Source of the DNA: Rozella allomycis CSF55
Lineage: Eukaryota
Length of the DNA stretch: 33,295 nt
Assembly (NCBI GenBank): GCA_000442015.1
Contig: KE560919.1
Coordinates: 1 to 33,295, forward strand
Direction: 5' to 3'
The stretch's first letter is position 1. Every line of letters begins with the position of its first letter. Positions 21,043-30,435 of this stretch are shown here, one piece after another. The notes below the pieces were generated by a model. That model saw only the letters and a program-made list of their open reading frames with translations, had not been told where the DNA came from and did no database searches. The position numbers were made by a program, and so were the translations under genes.

Positions 21043-21937
21043 CTAAATTTGAATCATTTCCGGTACGGGCCAAACAACGTCTATGAGTAAGGCAAGAATA
21101 TTTTACCGCCGTCAAATTGAATGGGATCATCAGAATTCATGAAATTCATGTATTCCTGAATACTTAATAGATTTGAAGTTTGAACAAAAGCCTTTACAGT
21201 TTCCTTTTTCGGCACAAGAGTGCTGTATCTCCCCATCAAGTCATCCAATGCTGGCTTTAAATCTGCTTTAATTAAATTTGAGAGCTGTGATCCTAGATTT
21301 ACCGATGAATTTGTAATGGCTGTAACCTATTCGGAAATAGAGTCATGGAATACATGTTGAGGTATATTATCAAATGTTAGTTCTGATATATCAGACGATA
21401 GTGCGGAACTTTCTTCGGATTCTGCTTGAAGACTCCTGATAGCCCAGAAAGAAAAAGATGGCTTTCCAATCTAAATTGTTTCATAAAATAGATAATACAT
21501 CCTCTAAAAAGGTCAAAACTTTAGTATCCGTAAATAGTGTATGATCAGGCCTATTTAAATCATTTAAGACTTTTTGTATAGGTTTATAAGTAGCCTCTTG
21601 AAGATTCAATGATCATTTACTTCAATTAAATGGAAGTATATCTCTTTGTACAATAATAAGATGCCAGTTATTGAGTCCTCATTCTCTGTGTGTTGTGGGG
21701 GAAATAGTTTTTCATAGTAATTGTTATAATCATCTTTTGACTCATTTTGTGTCCTTAATGCACCAACAACAATTAACCTATAATAAAATGGCTGCTTAAA
21801 TATATTGATTAAACTGGAGTTACTCGTGAATTCACTTCTTTTCTTGTAATGTCGAGGTAATTAGTAGGTTCGATATCTTCATTTTGATGGTTATCATCGT
21901 CAATTATATCATCATTGTGATTGGATGTGGCCAGCAT
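21043..21937 (-). CDS. TEX47: TEX47/DYBLUP/MOT7-like BLUF-related ciliary protein; five introns (21795-21823, 21595-21620, 21471-21498 and two more downstream)
   Basis: Spliced: ...TNYLDITRKEVNSRQPFYYRLIVVGAL...YYEKLF...SITGILLLYKEIYFHLIEATYKPIQKVLNDL...TKVLTFLEDIGKPSFSFWAIRSL...LLSIQEYMNF...DGDVVWPVPEMIQI. ITG(I/L)LL.Y....H.IE and terminal VWP.P are characteristic of TEX47 as recalled. Confidence 0.78.
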
Positions 21938-22075
21938 GGATAAAAAAAAAAAAAATAGTCCTATTCGCGAGATACCGACTATGATGGGCAGCGTCACTTC
22001 TTTTATCGTGCACATATGCTCCAATAATTAATGCAGTATGATAGAACGCTGAATAAAATATGACAAGCCACTAAC

Positions 22076-22722
22076 ATGTCCAAAAGGACAAGAGCAGAAT
22101 GCTATAGAAACACCTTGAACGGTCTAGACGCTGTAATTTAACCTATATTTATATAAAAGTATACTAGACATAAAAAGTTTATCAACGACTACATTATGTA
22201 CTACAAAAAGGGAGAAACTGAGACGAAACGAAAAGGACGAAGTGAGACATCGATTATAAAAGAGCACTACAGGTATACTTTGCAGAATAATTTTATTTTC
22301 GATTTATACCAGATGCAGATGATTTAGACGAGAGCGTTTGGGAGAAAAGGCTGGCGAAAAAGTATTATGATCAGTTGTACAAGGAATATTGTTTGGCAAA
22401 TTTGTCTTTATACAAGGAAGGAAAGATTGCATTGAGGTGGAGAACTGAAGAAGAAGTGTTTCAAGGAAAAGGTCAGTTTGAGTGTGGCAATTTAGAGTGT
22501 GATGAAGTTGAGGGGTTAACGAGTTGGGAAGTTAATTTTGCGTATGTGGAAGCAAAAGTTAAGAAAAATGCACTTGTGAAATTAAGACTTTGTGATATAT
22601 GTTCGCGAAAACTAAATTACAAAAAGGAAATGAAGAGGGCCTCAATAAATAAGGACGCGCGTTATCATGATCATGATAATCATGATGAAGATGATGATGT
22701 TATAAATAAACTACTTGAATAA
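22076..22722 (+). CDS. FRA10AC1: FRA10AC1 spliceosome-associated protein; intron 22133-22159 and a second intron starting at 22273
   Basis: LDAYTRHKKFINDY, WEKRLAKKYYDQLYKEYCLANLS.YK, ALRWRTEEEV..GKGQFECGN, WEVNFAYVE..KKNALVKLRLC..CS.KLNY. Confidence 0.94.
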
Positions 22723-22837
22723 TACTTTTTAAAGTTTATGATTCGCCATGCGTTCTAATGCGTTTATATGAAAGGTACAAGCTATTAAAACCTCATTATT
22801 GACAATCTAAAATCCAAGTCATAATCATGGAAAGAAT

Positions 22838-25800
22838 TTATTGTTTTGAATACATTTTGTAAGAATCCAAAAGATCATCATTAAAAGATTTTGCTTCAGT
22901 GGATCTCGATATTATTTTATCCAAATCCAAAGCCTTTAAGTTTATAAATGTTTCAAACGATTCCAGCATTTTCAACGTTGAAACGTACAAAGAAATAACC
23001 AGGGTACAATATTCGGCGGCAATAATGCAACATTCAAACATGTTGTTCTTATCACAAACCTTTAATTCTGCTCTCTTATTCAATATATCGTAAACTATTT
23101 TGAAAATTGCTGGTAGACATGACTTTATCATTGTTGAAATCTCTTCAATATTTTGACCCTGGTTTATCAATTTTCTTCTAATGTTACCTGTAGTTCTGTT
23201 AACTTTGAATCACTTAATGTTTCAATGGTAGGTTTTGCGGTACCATCAAAGAGAATATGTAAATTACGAACTATTTTAGTTTCCAGAGTAGTTTTACCTA
23301 TCCTTAGGATTCTCTTTTGATCATTTTCATTTTGGCAATTCTCGTTTATAGATTTAAGAGAATTTATTATATCTTTAAAGAACAATAACAAGATTTTATA
23401 TGAAACGGACAGAATTAAGAGAGAGTTGGAATCATAGAAATCTTTTGAAGAATTAATGAACAGTTCAATGTCCATTTTGATATTTTCTTCTTCAATTGGA
23501 AAGTTTGCAATGTTTTCAAAATCTCCATTTCTCGATTCTTGCATCGAAGGTTCGAGAAATTCAATTAATAGTCCTTTAATCAATTCTTTGTCTTTTAAAT
23601 CATTTAAAAATTCAGAAACAACATTTTCAGGCAACCCCAATGAAATTTGATTGTCTTCTAGAGAGATAATAATGTTGTCGATGGGGATTTTACATAAAAC
23701 AGCTATTTCTTCCTTTAAAACATCTAAAGATTCTAAATTTTTATTATATTTAAAATTTGTAAAAGTTATATTGGATGATTCCAACAACTCGGGTTCATCT
23801 AGTGGCTTGGGTTGATCTAAGAAGTTTGTTTGAATTTCTGGTGATGCGATAGATTGCGTATACTGTAAAGTTTGATTATCATTTGCTTCTGTCAATTCTT
23901 TAGAGATTGAAATTTTAGAAATCTCATCGTTAGGAATTGCATCACTAGAAATCTCTTGTTTCGATATTGAATCTTTAGATAATGATTCTTTAATTTTCCT
24001 GAATGATTCATCGTAATAATCAAAGCTAGATTGCCTATTTTTCCTTCGTTTAATAAAAGTTGATCTTTTTAGTTTTTCTTCTAAACGTTTTTCATAAGCA
24101 AACGCGTCATCATCATTTTCATCACCAGAGCTTGATTCATCTAAGACAGGGACAGAGTAAAGATCTGTAGTTTCATTTAAAGATTCAGAAGGAAGTAGAT
24201 CATCTTCAGGACGTGTAATTTCGTCAAAGAAAGAATCGACTTGGTTTATCAATAAGAATAATTGTTCAGCGTCACTTGGTCTTGGGGTTATTGTAGAATG
24301 AGATTTTATTAACATTTCCATTTCCAATCTCGCATTTTCAAAATCTTCTTGAAAATCATTTTGAAAATCATCGTCAAGATCAACTTTGTCTATTTCTGAA
24401 TTTTCAAATTCTAATGCAACTTTGAATAGTTCAACTAGATGTTTATTGTTTTGCATGCAAGTATCAAATATCCAATTAATAAAACTTTTGGGAAATCCTT
24501 TCAACTTTCCAAAGGAAATCATTCTCTCTTTAATAAATGCTATTTAGTAAATTTCCTATATTTTACCCTGGTATTCTTTAGAGAAATTGTTTAGAAGAAT
24601 AAAGAGAGATTCTTTAATTGATGCCAAAGAGTCATCATAGTTGTATAATGAAAAGAAAGTTTTCTGAAAATCATTTATAGAAGCAAATCTTTTTAACGGT
24701 GAATTAAATGGATTACCTGGTTGAATGTAAATGTAAGAAAAACATTCCCAACTTGTTGAGATTTAATTTAGTGCATAAAGAATTTAAATTTAATCCTAAT
24801 GATGCAATGTCATTTTTGAGGGAAGGATTATCGCTTTTAATGTAATGAATAAAGAAGGGTAAAGATAACCAAATGATTGAATTTAACCCGCTGTTTGTAA
24901 GAGTGTTGATTGAATTGGTTAATAGAATGAGAAAAGATAGAGAATATTTGCTCTGATGAAGAATTGAGATTAAATCTAATAAAGTATTTTCAATTTGATT
25001 TTCAATTTGATTTTTAGTATGACTTTCATTTTGATTTTGAATTTTAATTGGTGAAGATTTGTTTAAAAGATTTTCAATTAAACGAAAAGTTTCAAATTTT
25101 TCATTTTCAGATCCATTAGCCTTTAAGATCAAAACGAGACCGTGGAATAAAAGAGAAAAATTTTCAAAATCATTTTCATTTAAAAAAGGAATGAAGAATT
25201 CAATAATTTGTAAAATTTGAATGACAAACGTAGAAATTTCAGAATGTTTATCACCAATGATGTTTGATAGACGATTGAATAATTCACAAAAAGGAAAAGA
25301 ATTATTTGAAAAGAGTTGATAAGAATTTAAAGAATGAAATATTTGAAGAGATCTGTAAGCTAAATGGCGTATTGGACAAGTTGTTATCCATTTAATACAC
25401 AATTTAGACCATTGAAGAATAAAAGAATTATTAAAATAATTTAATAAATATTTAATCAAAGAATTTAGTTTTGAAAAACTTTCCAGGGTTAAAAAAGAAT
25501 CTTTTGGATCTTCAAAATCCCAAATTAGATCTCTTAAATGTATTGAATTATTTAAATTATTTAAATCTTTCTCAATCTCAATCTTAATCTCAATCACATT
25601 CTCAGGCTTAATCTTATTCCCATCTTGAAAGTGAAAAATAATCTTTTGAATAATTTGCTGTGAATGAAAAACTAAAATTTGATTAAAATGATCTAAATGA
25701 ATCACACACGCCAATAAAATAACATCAAGGTGAGATTCAATTGAGTTGAAATTAAATGAAATTAATTCAGAAAGAAAAATTAAAGCCAATTGGCCAACAC

Positions 25801-28800
25801 TAAAATTTGGATTCTTTTCAATCTTTGGAATAAATGAATCCAAATTTGCCAAATAAATTTCATTATTTAAATTAGTTTGATAATTATTCAGCTTTGAATT
25901 ACTTGAGTGTAGTTGACTGTTTAAACTATGCTTTGAACCGTCTACTCGCATTGAACTACTTGGTTCTACTATTTGCTTTGAACTGCTTAATTCAATATTA
26001 CCTTCATGTCTTAATTCAATAGTTCCTTCATGTCGTAAGTCAATTGTACCTTCATGTCTTAAGTCAGTGGTACCTTCATGTCTATTACTCTCTTCAACTT
26101 GCTTTTGCTTTTTAACTTTTGGAATCATTGACTTTGGATTAATTTGATCAACAAGAAATTTAATTGAATCAGAATCATGAATTATTAAAACAATTTGATT
26201 AGCCAATGAAATTAAATCTGAATTTTTAGTTTCAATTCCAAGATTTATTAAAAATGAAAAAATTAATGAAAATTCGTTTTTATAAATTAACCAAATTTCA
26301 TTCAATAGATTAAAATGATTCTTTGAATATTTCAAAGTGAAAAAACAAAGATTTGAAATTATAGATGAACTACATGGGATAAACTTCAAAATAAACTTTA
26401 ATAGAATCAAAAAATTTTCTTCTTCTTTTGTTTCAATCAATTCACAAACTTTTACAAGTTCATTAAAAATAGAAATAGGGTCTAAGCCATCCAATAGATC
26501 TAGATTTGATAAAATTTTATTTAAATTATTTGAATAAACAATTGGAAGATTACTAGAAATCAACCAATAAAATTTTTCAACATTTAAAAGTTTTCTTAAA
26601 ATCTCAAAACAAGAAATTCTAATTTTAGAATCTGAATTGGAAATTTTCAAAAGTGAAAGAACGAAAAGAGAAGATTTTATTTCCTTCAATTCAAACAGAG
26701 AAGATTTTATTTCCTTTGAAGATTTTGCTTCACTCTCACATGATTTATCCTCTTTCAAATTAAAATGATTAGATGAATACAGAATTGAAATACTCTTTAA
26801 ATACCCTGGATTTGAATTGAATGCTTTTATTAAGAAATCATTCAACAATATATTATTGTTTATTAAAATAGATTGAATAGTTTGAATCCCCAATTCATTA
26901 ATTCTTTCTTCTGCATTGTTCAAAAGACTTTCAATCCAATTCATTACCCCTGCAATATTGAATGAATCTTTTCCAATTCCCTTTTCATCAATCAATTGCA
27001 ACGGCCCATTAATCAAACTAACCATTGCTAAAATTGCATTATCTTCCAATGCTTTTCTTTGTTCTTCCATCTTATTAGTCAATATTCCTTGTTAAGTCAA
27101 ACTATTCAAATTACCTCTTTCAACGATATCTTTTACTTGCTCTAAAATCATTGACATCATTTTCACTTCCTTTTCTCTTGTTGAATCTCTAAACTCTCCA
27201 TAGCCACTCCATTCTTTAAACAAATTAAATAATTCAATTCTAATCTTGAAATTAAAATGATTTGGGCATTTATTATAAAAGTTTGATATAAATTGACAAT
27301 ATATTTGTCTTAATCCAACAAAATCCCAATTTCCTTCAATTTCTTCACAACTCAAATATTCTTTAAACAAAACCATTGCATTCAAATATCTATTCAACAC
27401 CAATGGCTTCAAAGTGAATGGTTTTAAACGTAAAGTTTTTGCATGGTCATCTTTCATATTATTACTCTCTCCTTTACCTTTCATTGCTCTAAATTCCCCT
27501 GTCGACATTAGTGTTAAAATTTGTTGCATTTTTATTACATTTCCTTTAATGTTTTTTCTTCTAACGTCATCCAATATTGAATCAATCAAAGTCGCAATTT
27601 CTTCAAAAACAATTTCGTAAATTTCAGAAACACTAAAAGATTGGCAAATCATCATTCTAATAGCACTTTTATCATGAAATAGAAACGAATTTATTATTCT
27701 GATACAATTTCTAATCATTTTCTCTTCAAAATTTAGTTTTGATAATATAGTGAAATAGTAAATCATTTGAACAATCATTTCATCATTTTCTCCACTGGTT
27801 GAAGTAGAAGAAGAAGAAGTTGATTTCATTGAACTGAAAATACCACTTTTTAAAGTCGCTTCATTATTTAATGAAATATTTTCATAACAATTTTGAAATC
27901 TTTTATAGATAATCAGCACCATTTCTTTATCAAAATACTTTAAATCTTTGATCAAATTTATTAAATTTGAAAAATGTTTCAAATAATCTTGTTTCAATTC
28001 AGTTGACAGATGATGAAATTTATCATTAGCTTTATTTTTAGGTATTGATAAATTTTGATTAAAGAAATCAATCAAAGCAAAGGAAGTATCTATTTTTGAA
28101 TCACTTTTAACTTTTGAATCATTTACTTTTAGTTCTCTAATTTCGTTANAATCATTTACTTTTATTTCGCTAATTTCATTATCTTTATCAATACTAAATT
28201 TGAGACTTTTGGATTTCTTTAATAGATCTATAGCTACATTTCTGACTCCAACATTCATTGAAGTTAGGAAAATTAATGCCATTCTTTCAAGAGAAAATTC
28301 ATCATCAACAATTTCATTAAACATTTGAATTATTTTTATTATTTTTTGTGGGTTTTTATCACTCACAGTTTGAAGATAATTATTAATCACATGAATCAAA
28401 TTATTTCCTTTAACTCTTTCTTTAATCCTTTTAAACATTTCAATTACAACTCTTGATTGTTGATTATTCAATTGACCAACAAATTTACATCCAATTTGCA
28501 TCAAAATAAAATCATTCTTAGTTGGATAAATAAATGGAATCAAATTGAACATTGAATTCCACATTAATATCTCATTTTCACTCTCACTCAATTTCTCAAT
28601 CAATGGCAACAAATTTCCTAAATATTCATCAATTCTACTTAAATCCAAATTATGAAATTTCAAATCTTCTCTTTCCAATTCTGTTTCCAATTTACTTTCC
28701 ATTCTCTTTTCTTCTTCAAACTCTCTTCTACTTTCAATTTTACTACTTTCATTTCTTTTATATCCACAGGGACTCTTGATCACATCCCTTCTCGGAAATA

Positions 28801-30435
28801 TACTCTTGTTTCCTTTAACAATCCCTTCAACAATTCCTCTCAATGACTCCATCGCTACTATAATTCTTTCAACGCCTACATTATTAACATTCTCCACATT
28901 CAACAAATTATTCACTAAATGCGTCATACAAAATTCTGGAACTCTTCTTCCAATTATTTCAACGAAAATACTCAAATATTTCAAATTAACATCAAGTGGA
29001 TTCAAATGTCTTTTTCCTGGAGGCACTTTTTGCTTTATTATGCTCTCAACCTTTACGAGATTTGGGATCTCTCTCACTCTATTCAAATAAACCCACACAA
29101 TTTGAATTATCATCAACATTGCTTCATCTTTCATTGTTTTATCCTTGTTAATCATTCATTCTTCATTTACTTTCAATTTTGACACACAAATATCAATCAC
29201 TCCAATCCATTCGCCTTCAAAGTATTCTCTTCTAGTACTACACAGCAAAAGAACATAACACGGAAATATCATCTAATTCCACTTAAAACATCTCTTTACA
29301 TAATACTTCACTTTGGGCAAAATACTTTGAATACATCCAAGCACTCCTTCAATGCTCTTTGACCATCCTGGAAAATTGAACTCTGATTCAGCCGTTTCTA
29401 TTATTGGAATCAACAAAAAACTCAAAAATTGTATCAAATGTTGCTTGGTCTTTATGTTTTGACACCTTTTTATATTCTCACAGATGGATAGCACAAACCA
29501 CGTAGCTTCCTCAAATGCTTCAGGTGGATAGCTCTTTATAACTATTTTCACATTTGTATACTTTAAGCCTAAAATATTTCAATCCATACGCTAAATAATC
29601 ATATTTCGGATCCTTTAAGTCTTCAGACTTTTCAAATTCTGCAATAAATCGATCTGATACTGCTGTCAATCTTTCAATCATTGTTCTTAAACATTACCTA
29701 GTACTGGTCATTGCTCCAAGCAACTCTCCAAAAAGATCAAAGTTAAGAGTTCTAAAGGGCGAGTTAAACAGAGACTCACTATCATTACTTCTTTAATCAA
29801 TTACGGCTCACTATAAAGAATCTGTGAAAATGCCATGTCCTCCAGTTTGTTTCTGGTATTCACTGAAATCAATATCCCTTTTTCAAATATATCCATCAAC
29901 ACACGCACTAATACAAAATTAAGCATCACCTACTTAAATTTATCTCTTTAAATTACAGACTTTCTGTCTCTCAACATTTCATGAGCTTGCACATTCTTTG
30001 TCAAATTGTCATTCCTGTATCCAAAAAGATATTCGTCTTACATTAATCTTCGATTAATCACATTTTCCAAAACATCACTTTTATGTTTTCTCCATGACAT
30101 TAAACATTCAACCACAAGCTCTGGTGACACCTCTGAAAAACTGGAAACAATGTCAATAATGTCAGATGATGTCCCACCAAGTTTGAATTGATCACGAAGA
30201 GTTTCAATTGGCATTTCCTACTATTTAAAAAAGTCATTTATTTTACTATTGGTCCCATAATTAGCCTTTCTAATATTGGATCAATGGAGACCTTAAATTT
30301 AGTCATCATCTGATCAAAATACACAGCATACATTGACATAGAATTGATATTATTATTAACTTGGATTTTATCCTTCTTTGTACTAACTTTGGTCGTTCGT
30401 TCATCAATCGTGTCAGGTATTACAAATTGAGGCAT
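22838..30435 (-). CDS. TAO3: Tao3/Pag1/Mor2/Furry cell-morphogenesis scaffold (RAM/MOR network), about 12 mini-introns; exact 3' end uncertain
   Basis: Spliced N-terminus with LMSWRK, RDRKS-VMLNFVLVRVL, GELLGAM, AVSDRF, GLKYFRLKSYPPEAFE, and later LFKEWSGY, IHLDH, WSKLCIKWITTCPIRHLAYRSLQIFHSL. The ORF blocks 22838-30435 join in frame via 26-29 nt GT-AG introns. Confidence 0.88.
25986..26083 (-). repeat. 24-nt coding tandem repeat (x4) encoding RHEG(T/N)(T/I)(D/E)L within TAO3
   Basis: RHEGTTDLRHEGTIDLRHEGTIELRHEGNIEL; ccttcatgtc recurs every 24 nt. Confidence 0.9.

Noticed and set aside
22725-22860. Extra terminal TAO3 exon after TTTTAG at about 22807
   Set aside because: No phase-compatible donor at the usual distance; the stop at 22838 is the simpler reading, though the 3' end remains uncertain.
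23167-29155. ORFs of 451, 789 and 687 aa as separate genes
   Set aside because: They join in frame through mini-introns into one TAO3/Furry gene.
1-30435. Alternative genetic code, stop read-through or programmed frameshifting to explain the fragmented ORFs
   Set aside because: Nearly every break is resolved by a 26-31 nt GT-AG intron, and long exons translate cleanly with the standard code.
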